Source: an uncultured Planctomycetota bacterium | Lineage (GTDB): Bacteria; Planctomycetota; Planctomycetia; Gemmatales; Gemmataceae | Reading direction: 5' to 3' | Assembly (NCBI GenBank): GCA_963849325.1 | Contig: CAWKHF010000002.1 | Location: 640,001-704,000, forward strand | Length of the DNA stretch: 64,000 bases | Part shown: piece by piece, positions 1 through 10,230 of the stretch | How positions within the stretch are numbered: position 1 is the stretch's first letter | Layout: the number at the start of each line of letters is the position of its first letter | Translations under genes and position numbers: made by a program | The notes under the pieces: model-generated | What the model was told of the DNA's origin: nothing | What the model saw: the letters and a program-made list of their open reading frames with translations, nothing else | Database searches by the model: none

Positions 1-117
1 GAGGGAAGTCAACTTCGATTCGCGGACGCGCGTGTGGCAAACCCTGTGAAGTTCCGCTCGCGGATGCGGTTGACTCGGAAGGATGTTCCCCTCCCTGTGG
101 TTGTGGAGTTGCTCTCC

Positions 118-1620
118 ATGTCTTTGCAATGGCCCGACCTCTGGCGCTGGCGCGGCAGAATCGACCGGACACCCTATCTGCTCGCCGGCACGGGACTTCT
201 TGTCCTCAAGTATGCTCTCGATGGATTGACGGTCAACGTGCTGTTCGGCCGTCCCTGGTCGCCGCTCGATTATTTCGTGTTCCCCGTGCAGACGAACCGC
301 GTTTCCGCGATGGGCGCGGAGGATCGCTGGCTCTCCGGTTTGCTGCTGGCGCAGGCGCTGCCCTTTATCTGGCTGGGTGTGCTGCTGACCGTGAAGCGTT
401 TGCGCGCTGCGAGGCTGTCGCCGGCCCTGGTGTTGTTCTTCTTTGTGCCCCTGGTCAACCTCCTCTTTTTCCTCCTCCTCGGTCTGCTGCCGAGCCGTCG
501 CGCACCGGCCCCACCGGAGTGGGACCAAAGTCCTGCCACCGCGGGTTTCCCGCAAGGAAACGAGCGCTTCGCGCGAGTCTACGAGGACTATCAGCACAGC
601 GAAAGCTGGCGTCGCTTGCTCTCGGCCCACGAGCGCATCACGGGCGGCAGCGCCTGGGTCAGTGGGGCTGTGTCGCTGGGGATCAGCGTGCCGGTAATGG
701 TGGCGTTCGTGGCCTTCAGCACGTCGGGCCTGGGCCATTATGGATGGGGACTGTTCGTCGGCGGGCCGTTCTGCCTGGGACTGGGATCGGTGGTGCTGTT
801 CGGACTGGCCCGGCCGCGGAGCTTTGGCGCCTGCATGGCCGTCGCCGCGACCGCCTCCGCCCTTGTCGGCGTTGTCGTGTTGGCCATCGCCCTGGAGGGC
901 GCCATTTGCCTCATCATGGCAGCGCCAATCGGCTTTTTCCTCACCTTCCTGGGCGCACTGGTCGGCTACGCCATTCAGGTTCGGCCCTGGAGCATGCACG
1001 AGAACCCGACGATCCTGATGTCGTTACTCTTCATTCTGCCCGCTCTGACGGCGGCCGAAGCCGCCGCGCCCGGAGGGCCGCCGCTGCGCGAAGTGCGTTC
1101 CGAGGTGGACATCGACGCGCCGCCCGGTCTCGTCTGGCGGCAGGTGATCGCCTTCCCCGATTTGCCCCCGGCGGACGAATGGCTGTTTCGCGCCGGCGTC
1201 GCCTGTCCGCTGCGCGCGGAGATCCACGGTCGAGGCCCCGGCGCGGTGCGTCACTGCATCTTTTCCACCGGGGCGTTCGTCGAGCCGATTGAGGTGTGGG
1301 ACGAGCCGCGCTTGCTGCGCTTCGCCGTGACCGAGCAGCCCGAACCGATGCGCGAGTGGAGTCCGTTCGACATCCATCCGCCGCACCTGGATCATTACCT
1401 CGTCAGCCGCCGCGGCCAGTTCCGTCTGACCGCTCTGCCGGATGGCCGGACGCGCCTGGAAGGCACCACCTGGTACAGCAATCGCATGTGGCCGGCCGCC
1501 TACTGGCAACTGTGGTCAGACGCCATCATTCATCGCATCCATCTGCGCGTCCTGCGGCATATCCAGGGATTGGCGGAAGCGCGCAAGGCGGAGTTGAGAG
1601 AGGGAGATAGGTCAGAGTGA
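118..1620 (+). CDS. Membrane protein: DUF805-like N-terminus, multi-TM region, C-terminal SRPBCC/START-like domain
   Basis: ORF 34..1620; likely start ATG 118 (MSLQWPDLWRWRGRIDR). Many hydrophobic helices; C-terminal 'VRSEVDIDAPPGLVWRQV...WDEPRLLRFAV' resembles SRPBCC. Confidence 0.7.
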   Translation: MSLQWPDLWRWRGRIDRTPYLLAGTGLLVLKYALDGLTVNVLFGRPWSPLDYFVFPVQTNRVSAMGAEDRWLSGLLLAQALPFIWLGVLLTVKRLRAARLSPALVLFFFVPLVNLLFFLLLGLLPSRRAPAPPEWDQSPATAGFPQGNERFARVYEDYQHSESWRRLLSAHERITGGSAWVSGAVSLGISVPVMVAFVAFSTSGLGHYGWGLFVGGPFCLGLGSVVLFGLARPRSFGACMAVAATASALVGVVVLAIALEGAICLIMAAPIGFFLTFLGALVGYAIQVRPWSMHENPTILMSLLFILPALTAAEAAAPGGPPLREVRSEVDIDAPPGLVWRQVIAFPDLPPADEWLFRAGVACPLRAEIHGRGPGAVRHCIFSTGAFVEPIEVWDEPRLLRFAVTEQPEPMREWSPFDIHPPHLDHYLVSRRGQFRLTALPDGRTRLEGTTWYSNRMWPAAYWQLWSDAIIHRIHLRVLRHIQGLAEARKAELREGDRSE

Positions 1621-2750
1621 GTACGGAGTCTTATTTCGCCACCTGTGGGCGCGGCATCGAGCCGGTGCTGGCCGAGGAGCTGCGCGGCCTGGGGGCAACG
1701 CGCGTCGAGCCGGGTCGCGGAGGCGTCCACTTCGGCGGCGATCTCGCTCTGCTGTACCAGGCCAATCTCTGGTTGCGCACTGCCATCCGCGTGCTTCGGC
1801 CCATCCTCGAAGTGAAAGTGACCTCGCCCGATGAACTCTACGATGCCGTCCGCTCGCTCGATTGGTCGCACTTTCTGACGCCGGAGCACACGCTGGCCGT
1901 GGATTGCAACGTCCGCGATTCGCACATCACGCACTCGAAGTACGCCGCCCTGCGCGTCAAGGACGCCATCTGCGATCAGTTCGTCGAACGCTGCGGCAAA
2001 CGACCGAGCGTCGATGTGGACGAGCCGATGGTCGGCCTCAACCTGCACATTTACCGCGATCAGGGGGTGTTGAGCCTCGATAGTTCCGGCGAATCGCTGC
2101 ACAAGCGCGGCTATCGTCCGATTCAGACGCGCGCTCCGCTCAACGAAGCGTTGGCGGCGGCGCTGGTGCTTCTGACCGGCTGGCGCGGCGAACGGCCGTT
2201 CGCCGATCCGTTGTGCGGCTCCGGGACGCTGGCCATCGAAGCGGCGTGGCTCGCCCTGCAACGCCCACCCGGTCTGACGCGCAAGCGTTTCGGTTTCCAG
2301 GGCTGGATGGATTTCGACGTGGAGCTGTGGACATCGCTGCGCGACGAGGCGCGGCGCGGCGTCGGCCGGACGCTGCCGGCGCCGATCCTCGCTTCCGACG
2401 TGCGCGGCGACGCCGTGTCGTTCGCCATCAACAACGCCCGCGCCGCCGGCATCGGCCATCTACTGCGCTTCGACAAGCGCGACGTGGCCGACTTTCAGCC
2501 GCCCGACGGACCGCCCGGCATCATTCTGTGCAACCCGCCCTACGGCGAACGCATCGGCGAGGAAAAAGACCTGTATGGGCTGTATCGTTTGCTCGGCGAA
2601 GTGTTCGCCCGGCGCTGCGTCGGCTGGACGGCCTACGTGTTCACGGGCAATCCGCGCCTGGCGAATGCCATCGGCTTGACAGCGGCAGCGGAGATACCGC
2701 TGTTCAACGGGAAAATCCCGTGCCGGCTGCTGAAGTTTGAGCCGGATTAA
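1617..2750 (+). CDS. THUMP-domain class I SAM-dependent RNA methyltransferase (RlmL/YpsC-like)
   Basis: Motifs SLHKRGYR, APLNEALAAAL, DPLCGSGT, NPPYGERIG; N-terminal THUMP-like region. Confidence 0.92.
   Translation: MSTESYFATCGRGIEPVLAEELRGLGATRVEPGRGGVHFGGDLALLYQANLWLRTAIRVLRPILEVKVTSPDELYDAVRSLDWSHFLTPEHTLAVDCNVRDSHITHSKYAALRVKDAICDQFVERCGKRPSVDVDEPMVGLNLHIYRDQGVLSLDSSGESLHKRGYRPIQTRAPLNEALAAALVLLTGWRGERPFADPLCGSGTLAIEAAWLALQRPPGLTRKRFGFQGWMDFDVELWTSLRDEARRGVGRTLPAPILASDVRGDAVSFAINNARAAGIGHLLRFDKRDVADFQPPDGPPGIILCNPPYGERIGEEKDLYGLYRLLGEVFARRCVGWTAYVFTGNPRLANAIGLTAAAEIPLFNGKIPCRLLKFEPD
2642..2750 (+). repeat. Copy 1 of the duplicated methyltransferase 3' end
   Basis: First 37 bp (cacgggcaatccgcgcctggcgaatgccatcggcttg) identical to 3503-3539; similarity continues to the stop codon. 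Confidence 0.92.
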
Positions 2751-2843
2751 CGAGCACACGCTTCCGAATACGCCGGGAGGTTCCGATAAGTCTCTCTATA
2801 ATAACGACAAAGGCTCCCTGCTCGAACCGAAGGAGAAACTCTC

Positions 2844-3182
2844 ATGCAAACCAGCATCCCCCCCTCCATTAAGGAACGTCAAAGTCTTCATTCGGGAGTG
2901 CTGTGCGCGAACGAGATCCTGGAAGACGAGTTGGGGCCGTCCGCTGGACCCGTTGCGGCAGACTGGAGCTTGGATCAGGACGAACGGGGACGTCCCGTAC
3001 TCACCCTCCGACTTACCGATGTCAATGATTCCGCAACGGGGCGGTTCAGCCCCGAGGAACTGGCGAACCCCTCTCACTTGGGTATTCGTCTCGTTCGGCT
3101 CTGGGGAGATCTGCTGCAAGAGCGCTTACGCAAGCAGGTCCAAAAACTGCATCAACTGCTCCAGCAGGATGATGAGGGTTAA
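2844..3182 (+). CDS. Hypothetical protein (112 aa)
   Basis: AAGGAG RBS upstream, TATAAT near 2797, plausible composition, coupled to next ORF. Confidence 0.65.
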   Translation: MQTSIPPSIKERQSLHSGVLCANEILEDELGPSAGPVAADWSLDQDERGRPVLTLRLTDVNDSATGRFSPEELANPSHLGIRLVRLWGDLLQERLRKQVQKLHQLLQQDDEG

Positions 3183-3184
3183 CC

Positions 3185-3478
3185 GTGGCCAAGTCACAAG
3201 GAGATCTCCTCCGCGAGCTTTCGGATACGGTCGCAACTCTGGTCGAACGAGTGCATAACGCACGCGCGGAGATCGTGCGCGTCGATACGGCCCATACAAA
3301 GACAGCCGAAACCTTGGCTGAGGTCTCGAAACAGGCGGCGGTCATGGCGGAACGGCTGGGAGAATTGAAGAAAAACCTGGAGGAGTCCAGCCGGAGGCGG
3401 TGGCTGATCGTGGCAGCACTCGTCGGAAGCCTGCTCACCTTTCTGGGGAATTTGGTGCTCTTGTTCTGGCGGCGATAA
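3185..3478 (+). CDS. Small coiled-coil protein with C-terminal membrane anchor
   Basis: Heptad-like region followed by WLIVAALVGSLLTFLGNLVLLFW; GAGG upstream of GTG. Confidence 0.65.
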   Translation: MAKSQGDLLRELSDTVATLVERVHNARAEIVRVDTAHTKTAETLAEVSKQAAVMAERLGELKKNLEESSRRRWLIVAALVGSLLTFLGNLVLLFWRR

Positions 3479-3502
3479 TACGTCTTCCGAAACCATCATC
3501 GA

Positions 3503-3611
3503 CACGGGCAATCCGCGCCTGGCGAATGCCATCGGCTTGGTGCCGACGGCCGAGATACCGCTGTTCAACGGCAAGATCCCTTGCCGGCTGCTGAAGTTCG
3601 ACATCGACTGA
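3503..3611 (+). pseudogene. Displaced second copy of the methyltransferase C-terminus
   Basis: Translates TGNPRLANAIGLVPTAEIPLFNGKIPCRLLKFDID* versus TGNPRLANAIGLTAAAEIPLFNGKIPCRLLKFEPD* in the intact gene. Confidence 0.88.
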
Positions 3612-3686
3612 AATCGAGGCGGCACTTGAAGGATTTCAAGGCAGCGGCGGAGTAAGAATTCGCACAAGAAACGGTGGTGGTTCGCT

Positions 3687-3747
3687 GTCCGAGCCTGAGG
3701 CGAAGCGAAGAGCAGTCTTCTTCCTCGCTTACGCTTCAGGCTCGGAC
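3687..3747. repeat. REP-like palindrome, family A
   Basis: gtccgagcctgaggcgaagcgaag...ctcgcttacgcttcaggctcggac; arms nearly identical to 48470-48544. Confidence 0.85.
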
Positions 3748-3807
3748 CTCATTCACCGGGAGGTTGCCTCCTGCGGCGCTCGCAGCGAAAGCGAACGGGT
3801 GAGCGGC

Positions 3808-5524
3808 TCAGCTGCCTGCGGGGGGATCGACCTGGGTGACGGTCACGGAGGTGGGACCATCGGTCTCCTCCATGCCATCGGGGATCGTGTCAAAGTGATC
3901 GCCAATCGACCCCGCTGTCACCACCGTGAAGCTATCCCCCACCGCCGGCGTGTAACCCAGCAGGATAAGGTTGCCCGACAACTGCGCGTTGCCGGTGACC
4001 GCCAGCAACGCGGGTGCGCCAAAGCCTCCGCCCACCGCCAGGGCCAGAGTGCCCATCGACGTTTGCTGGTACGAACCCAGCCCCGTCGTGCTGCTGCTCA
4101 GGTCCAACTGCAACCGGCCGGAGTTGATCACTTCGCCTCCGCCCGTCAGGGTACTGAAAAGGTTCACCTCCAGGTTGCCGTTGATCGAGTCGACCACGCC
4201 GGCGGGCACGGTCAGGGTGGCGGTCGAACTGCCGTCCTGCGCTGCCGACCTCTAGAAATCCGGGGGCGGCCTGTTCCGAGAAGCCGTTCACCGAGGTGAA
4301 GGTGCCCAGCAGCGTCAGGTTGCCCAGCAACTGGAACACGCCGTCCAGCGTATCCGTCGGCGATCCCGGCGCCGTGGTGCTCAGCGTGAGGGCGGCACCG
4401 CTGTCCACGTCCAGGTTGCCCTCGTTGGTGAATGGGGCGCGATGACGGTGGGGGCGCTGGGCGACGCCGTTGCCTTGATGGTGCCCAACGGCGAATTGAT
4501 CAGCGAGGAGGCGGGGTCGCCGGCGATGGACGGCAGGGACATTTCCAGGGTGCCGGTCGCGTTGACGAGCGAGCCGGAACCCATGCCGGGGACACCCACG
4601 GTCAGGGTGCCGCTGCCGTCCAGCTGGCTGAACGCCGACTCGTTGGTCAGGGTGCCGGCCAGGGCCTTGGGATTGGGACCGCTGGCGAGGAGTTCGCCGG
4701 AGGAACCGATGGTCGTGCCGCCGCCCAGGGCGATGGTGCCGTTTTGCCAGCTGAGGATGGCGTTCTCGTTGAGGCTGCCCGCGCCGGAGAGGCCGCCGCC
4801 GGTGGTGGCAGGTGCCGACCTGCAGGGTCTCCGAATTGTCGTCGAGGGAGCCGGCCACGGTGACAGCCCCGGCAATGATGATGGTTCCGAGGCCGGGTCC
4901 GAAGGTGGCGCCGGCGAGGAGCGTGTTGGGGGCAGCGGCGGCGCCGCCGGTGAACGTGAAGGTGGAGTCGGGTCCGGCGTCGAGGTTGCCGTTGAGGTCG
5001 CCGGGGCCGATGACAGCGCCGCCGGCGAAGATGACGTTGGTGCCGCCGCTGGTGGTGTTGGCGTTGATGATGCCGGGGTCGATGACCGGGCCGCCGAAGT
5101 AGTTCGATCCGGGAACCGGAGAGAGAGGCATCGCCGGTGGCGCGGAGGCTGGTGGGTTGCTGTCGATCTTGAGCTCGGTGCCGGACGCGACGGTGAGGCT
5201 GCCCCCGGGAAAGACGATGCTGTTGATTTCAGCGGCTGTCCCGGAGAGAGTGATAGCGAAGCCGAAAGGGTTGCCCACGTCGTCGGATGGTCCGGGCAAG
5301 GCCAGTGTCGCTCCCACTCCACCGCCGGCAAGCGCAATGCCCCAATTGCCGGGAGTGTTCCAGCCACCGCCACCTACGGCGTTCGTGAAGACGAACGGAC
5401 TCAGAAGCGTACGATCTTCCAGGATTTCCACCGCAAGAGGAGCAGAGCGGGGCTGGCGTCGGATGGGCCTCCGTTGCACGGGCGGGGCGGACTTACGGAA
5501 CAAACGCGGCAGATAAGACCACAT
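3808..5524 (-). CDS. Secreted Gly/Thr-rich beta-solenoid-like protein with LEDRTLLS motif (frameshifted)
   Basis: Start MWSYLPRLFRK...VEILEDRTLLS; coding character continues across ORFs 3932..5593, 4381..5373 and 3808..4209. Confidence 0.7.
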
Positions 5525-5652
5525 GACAGACCTCCTTTGTTGAGTACAGGGCGATACAACTCCCCTTGAGGGACGGTTTCTCCGGGTTCGCACGGAACGT
5601 GAGATCCTGCGCGACGCAGAGAATGTCCGCGACCATCAATTCATTCAGGGAT

Positions 5653-7101
5653 TCAGGGGTGCCTGCTCTCGCTCGGCGTGGTTACACTTCGTTCGAGGCT
5701 CTTGCTTCGGCTGGGGGTAGCCTGCCGGTCAAGCGGGAACTTATCTCGCGGGCGCAGTCGGGCTATGCCTTCGTTCAATTCCTTCGCCGTGAAGGGTAAT
5801 TTCGCGGTCAAATCCTTCATGGGATGCGAGCGTTTGAGGAACAACAGGGCGAACGATGTGCATAGCATCGCTTTATAAGTTGCATTCGGTATTCTTTTCT
5901 CCACTGGAGCGTCAGGCCACCATCCGCTCTTTTTTTGATTGGTGACGAGAACTTCCGCTCCCCAGCGATACCAGTCCTTGCCGCCGATGTCCGGCAGGGC
6001 GAACAGCATCGCCGCACGCTCCAGCGACCACAGGAAATACAACTCCTCCAGTTCCTTTCGCTTGTTCATGTCGCCGCTCGGTTCACCGATCCGCCGTGAC
6101 AGGGCGGCCAACCCGCGCAGGACATGAACGTCTTTGCCGGTGTCGATCGGCGAGCCGGGCGTTGGCAATCGCAATCCGCGGCCGATGGCCAGCCCGATCA
6201 GACCGACGCAGATCATGGAACTCCTTGAGGTTCCGCGAAAATCTCGATCATCGTAACCCCAGAAACCTGACGGATAGAGTTGGAAACGCTCGAAGCGTTC
6301 GGTTGAGATTTCCAGGGCGGGTTCCACGGCCACATCATGCCGGCGCGCCGCCCATAAACCCAGTAGCGCGAACTGCGTGTTGGAATTATCCGTTCGGCCA
6401 TCCAAGATGACTGTAGATGGCGCGCTGGCAAAGGCGGCGGGAGTGAATGGCGGTTCCTGCCAGGGCAAGCGCCTCGCCTCTTGGAAGACGGTCAGACCTT
6501 GCAACGTCGGCGGTATCTCCAGACCATCCAACGCTTGACATCTCGTCCTCTTGCCGCCCTTCCTCCGCTTGTTCAGTTCCGCCAGACCATTCAGCAAGTC
6601 CAGCGCATTTTTGTCGTTGAGGACAGGGCAGCGATAGGACCACCCGCCCGTTCGATGCTGCCCCGCAATCAAGCGCAAGGCGCAGGTCTGAATCAGCACT
6701 TTGTCCTTGGGATCGCTGAGACGATCGAAGAATAGGATGGCCAACGCCAATTCATACGTATGACTGTTGAGGACAACCCTAGGGCGGAGAAACACGGCCG
6801 CCTTTTGGATGACCGGATCATCGGCCGGCACGCCCGCTTCTAGCAAGGCGTATGCCGGCAACGCGCATTGGCCGACCTGATACAGGTTAATGTCGTACAT
6901 CTTGAATCCGAAGTCGCCCTCCTTGGTCTGCACACTTTTGAGGAAGGCCACGCCCTTATCAATGGCCTGATCGACCTTGGCCTGCTCCTCCTTCGACAGC
7001 GGCTTGGGATCGGCGTAGGCGCGTGCGTCAAGCCCAAGCAGAACCACACAGGCGAGAAAGACGGCACGATACCCTACCTGGATGATCTCCGTTGTAGACA
7101 T
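5653..7101 (-). CDS. Exported prenyltransferase/squalene-oxidase-repeat (alpha/alpha barrel) protein
   Basis: Signal-like N-terminus; QAIDKGVAFLKSVQ, GQHRTGGWSY, DNSNTQFALLGLWAA, YFLWSLER, DWYRWGAEVLVTNQ. Confidence 0.75.
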   Translation of the reverse strand: MSTTEIIQVGYRAVFLACVVLLGLDARAYADPKPLSKEEQAKVDQAIDKGVAFLKSVQTKEGDFGFKMYDINLYQVGQCALPAYALLEAGVPADDPVIQKAAVFLRPRVVLNSHTYELALAILFFDRLSDPKDKVLIQTCALRLIAGQHRTGGWSYRCPVLNDKNALDLLNGLAELNKRRKGGKRTRCQALDGLEIPPTLQGLTVFQEARRLPWQEPPFTPAAFASAPSTVILDGRTDNSNTQFALLGLWAARRHDVAVEPALEISTERFERFQLYPSGFWGYDDRDFRGTSRSSMICVGLIGLAIGRGLRLPTPGSPIDTGKDVHVLRGLAALSRRIGEPSGDMNKRKELEELYFLWSLERAAMLFALPDIGGKDWYRWGAEVLVTNQKKSGWWPDAPVEKRIPNATYKAMLCTSFALLFLKRSHPMKDLTAKLPFTAKELNEGIARLRPRDKFPLDRQATPSRSKSLERSVTTPSESRHP

Positions 7102-7123
7102 GACACCCTCTCGGTGTGGGTTT

Positions 7124-7417
7124 TCAGATGCAATAACACCACGATTGTTCTGCCGATGGTTCCTCCGCTGGCAGAGGCAGCGGCGGAGGATCGAGTTGGC
7201 AGTCGGGGCGTGCATCGCCGACCGTCAGCCACACGAACGGACCTTCCATCGTGGCCCACAACGGTCCCTCGATCCCCTCCTTCGTGCCAAGAAGGTCTGC
7301 GCCATCGTAATAGGTGAACGGACCTTCCCCCTCTCGATCCTGCGGCCCGAAATCGATCCGTCCTCCACAGCGGATCAGCCTCAGCTTACGGCGCAGCACG
7401 ATCAGCAGTCCTCGCAT
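7124..7417 (-). CDS. Small hypothetical protein (97 aa)
   Basis: Strong GAGGAGG RBS upstream of ATG; co-oriented with and directly upstream of 5653..7101. Confidence 0.45.
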   Translation of the reverse strand: MRGLLIVLRRKLRLIRCGGRIDFGPQDREGEGPFTYYDGADLLGTKEGIEGPLWATMEGPFVWLTVGDARPDCQLDPPPLPLPAEEPSAEQSWCYCI

Positions 7418-7818
7418 GGACAGTCCCTCCTCAAACTCCGCCGGTCTCTATCCCAGAGCAGCAGAAGCCACGGGTAGAAGGTTCCAGCGAGTAAGCCCGA
7501 TGATGGCCCTCTATCTATATCAATCCCTTTTTCGCGGCAAATCCCTCACGAAAATCGAAATTTTTTCCGTTTTTTTCTGAATGCTCATAACTTCACATGA
7601 TGACGGAAGATACGCCACGCCGCCCACACGAGCCTCAGCGAATGGGGGCCGCATACCCTCTTGCCGGTCCTTTTTTATCCAGTAAGCTCCATCCTGCATG
7701 ATGCGAGGGCGTCTCGCCGCCCTTCTTCTTTTCGCTCAGCACCATCGTCCGTTCGCCCGCCAAGGAACGCTACGGTTTCGTTCATTCTTCTCACTCGCAA
7801 CGATTCGTTGAGGCTCCC

Positions 7819-8454
7819 ATGGTCAACGAAGACACTCCCTCTCCGCGCAAGGATACCTATTTCGTGAGCTTGCTACAGCGAATGACTGACGGCGATGAAC
7901 GCGCCGCCGAGGAATTCGTTCAGCACTACGCCCCCCTCCTCCGCATGGTCATCAAGAAGCGCCTGCAGCTCGGTCGGCCTATCGGTTTCGTCTACGACGT
8001 GGGTGATGGGGTGCAGGACTCCTTCAAATCGTTCTGGCGCATTGTCGTCGAAGGACTGCTCCCCGAGGACCTGGACAATGACGCGAAACTGACCGCGTAC
8101 CTCAAGCAATTGGCGCGGTTCAAGGCGGCCAAGGCGTGTCGTGCCTACACGGGCACGGCCAAGCGCGACGTGCGCCGTCACAAATCGCTGGACGATGGAG
8201 ATCCCAAAGTGGCCGCCCTGATAGACCCATCTCCCGATCCGGCGGAGATGACCGAAAAACACGAGCTGTTGAAACGAGCGCTGGCTTCACTGTCTTTCCA
8301 AGAGCGGCTCGCCCTCCACCTGCATTCCCAGCGACGGCCCTTTCGGGAAATCGCCGAGGAACTCGATTGCAGCGAGGAGACCGCGCGACGAACCGTTTTC
8401 CGACTCCTTCTCCGCTTATCGGATGTGTCTCGAGATCACGAATACGCGACGTGA
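7819..8454 (+). CDS. ECF-type sigma-70 factor
   Basis: GDERAAEEFVQHYAPLLR, DGVQDSFKSFW (region 2); FREIAEELDCSEETARRTV HTH (region 4). Confidence 0.85.
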   Translation: MVNEDTPSPRKDTYFVSLLQRMTDGDERAAEEFVQHYAPLLRMVIKKRLQLGRPIGFVYDVGDGVQDSFKSFWRIVVEGLLPEDLDNDAKLTAYLKQLARFKAAKACRAYTGTAKRDVRRHKSLDDGDPKVAALIDPSPDPAEMTEKHELLKRALASLSFQERLALHLHSQRRPFREIAEELDCSEETARRTVFRLLLRLSDVSRDHEYAT

Positions 8455-8459
8455 CGTTG

Positions 8460-8900
8460 TCAGTGCGGCGTAGTCTGTCTCCCTTCAGGGGCTGTCAGCC
8501 GAGCGCGGATGTCCTCGGAGATCTCAATCGACTCCATTTCGTGAGCGCCCGGACGCATCCGGCAGCACACGGCACTGATCCGCCCTTTCGCCACCGGCCT
8601 GCCCTCGTGCGTGAACTCGAACGAGTACGTCACCGATTTGCGACCGACGCGCTCGACGCGCACGGCAATTTCCACCACATCGTCGAAGCGCACCGGACGC
8701 AGAAAATCGCAACTTGCCGACACACGCGGGAAACTGATCGGGTGTTCGCTCCCCATCATCACTACGGAGAGGCCACGCGAACGAAGATATGCCACCTCGG
8801 CGAACTCCATATAACGAAAATAATTACTGAAGTGAATGATGCCGGCCATGTCGGTGTCGGCGAAATCGACGCGGCGGCTGACGCGAAACGGCGCGGACAT
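8460..8900 (-). CDS. Acyl-CoA thioesterase (4HBT/YbgC hot-dog fold)
   Basis: RRVDFADTDMAGIIHFSNYFRYME motif. Confidence 0.9.
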   Translation of the reverse strand: MSAPFRVSRRVDFADTDMAGIIHFSNYFRYMEFAEVAYLRSRGLSVVMMGSEHPISFPRVSASCDFLRPVRFDDVVEIAVRVERVGRKSVTYSFEFTHEGRPVAKGRISAVCCRMRPGAHEMESIEISEDIRARLTAPEGRQTTPH

Positions 8901-8918
8901 GACAGACACCTCCCTGCT

Positions 8919-10208
8919 TCAACGTACATATTGGCCATAGATCGCCGCCGTCTCCGCGGCCATGCGGTCGGCATGGAAGCGAGCGTGGACCGCCTCCTTG
9001 CCCTTGCGGCCTAGCTCGTCGCGGTGGGCGCGATTGTCGAACAACAGCCGCAAGGCGCGGGCCAGGTCGGCCGGATCGTCCGGGTTGACGAGCAGTCCGC
9101 CGCCGGTCGCCTCGATCAACTCCGGGAACGAACCGTGGCGCGGCTGCACCACCGGCACACCGTTGGCCAGCGCCTCCAGCACGTACAGTCCCTTCGGCTC
9201 GCGGTACGTCGTCGGCACCGATAGCACGTCGATGCCGTGGAAGAAACGCACCTTGCTCTCGTGGTCCGGCGACTCGACGTGGAGGAAGTGATCGCCCAGG
9301 CCGTGCTCCTTCATCTTGCGGTGGATGTCCTCGAAGTAGGCCCGGTTGTTGGCGCCGAGCCAGCCGGAGATGTGCAGGCGGCAGTCGTCCATACCGGGCG
9401 TCTGCCGCAAGAGATGGAATGCCTCGGCCAGAACGTGCAGTCCTTTTTCCGGACAAATGCGGGCGAAATAGCCGATCGTGAACGGCCGGGGCTGCTCCGG
9501 CCGTGGCCCGCCGTGGCCGGCGAGGTTGAGTCCGGGATGAACGACATGGATGCGCGCGCGCGGGATGGCGAAATACTCGGCCATGAAGTCGGCGTAGTAA
9601 GCCGACGTGGCGAGGAAGCCGTCGATCTCGCGGCAGTGGACGCGGACCAGGGCCAGCGATCGGCTGCGGTGCGAGGGCGGCAGCGATTCGAGAAAAATGT
9701 CGTCGCCTTGCAGCGAACACAGCACCGGCACGCGGAGTTGCCGCTTCAGCTCGTGGACCATGCCCGACAGCAGCGCGTTGGTGAGGTTGACGATCTCCGG
9801 CTTGACCTCTTCCGCCAGCCAGCTCGACGAGCTTGGCGACTTCCTTTCTTCTGATGGCCGTGCTCGCCTTCGAGCATGGAGATGGTCAGGTCGCCGAGGT
9901 CGTCCGCCTGCGTCTTGACGGCGAAGCGCGACACCCAGCGCAACAGCGGCCGGGCGTCGAGCAGGCGGTCGAGGAACCAGGGCGTGTGGCGGAACAGGCC
10001 GAGCTTCTGCTGCAGATAGACGTTGATGCCGCCGAAGAAGACGCGCTGCTGCGCTGACGTCCGGCTCATCGGTGCGGATGGGCGTGTAGGTGGGGATGAG
10101 CAGCGCATCGTGTCCCTGGCGGACGAGGGCGGCCACCAGGGTGTTGTCGTGCATGCAGCTGCCGCAGAACATGCCGGCGGCGCCTGCGGTGATGTAGGCG
10201 ATGCGCAT
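8919..10208 (-). CDS. Glycosyltransferase family 4 (frameshifted)
   Basis: Start MRIAYITAGAAGMFCGSCMHD; FARICPEKGL and EPKGLYVLEALANGVPVV GT-B motifs; middle portion in ORF 9746..10396. Confidence 0.88.
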   Translation of the reverse strand: MRIAYITAGAAGMFCGSCMHDNTLVAALVRQGHDALLIPTYTPIRTDEPDVSAAARLLRRHQRLSAAEARPVPPHALVPRPPARRPAAVALGVALRRQDAGGRPRRPDHLHARRRARPSEERKSPSSSSWLAEEVKPEIVNLTNALLSGMVHELKRQLRVPVLCSLQGDDIFLESLPPSHRSRSLALVRVHCREIDGFLATSAYYADFMAEYFAIPRARIHVVHPGLNLAGHGGPRPEQPRPFTIGYFARICPEKGLHVLAEAFHLLRQTPGMDDCRLHISGWLGANNRAYFEDIHRKMKEHGLGDHFLHVESPDHESKVRFFHGIDVLSVPTTYREPKGLYVLEALANGVPVVQPRHGSFPELIEATGGGLLVNPDDPADLARALRLLFDNRAHRDELGRKGKEAVHARFHADRMAAETAAIYGQYVR

Positions 10209-10230
10209 GGCCAATCCACTGCGCCGGCCC

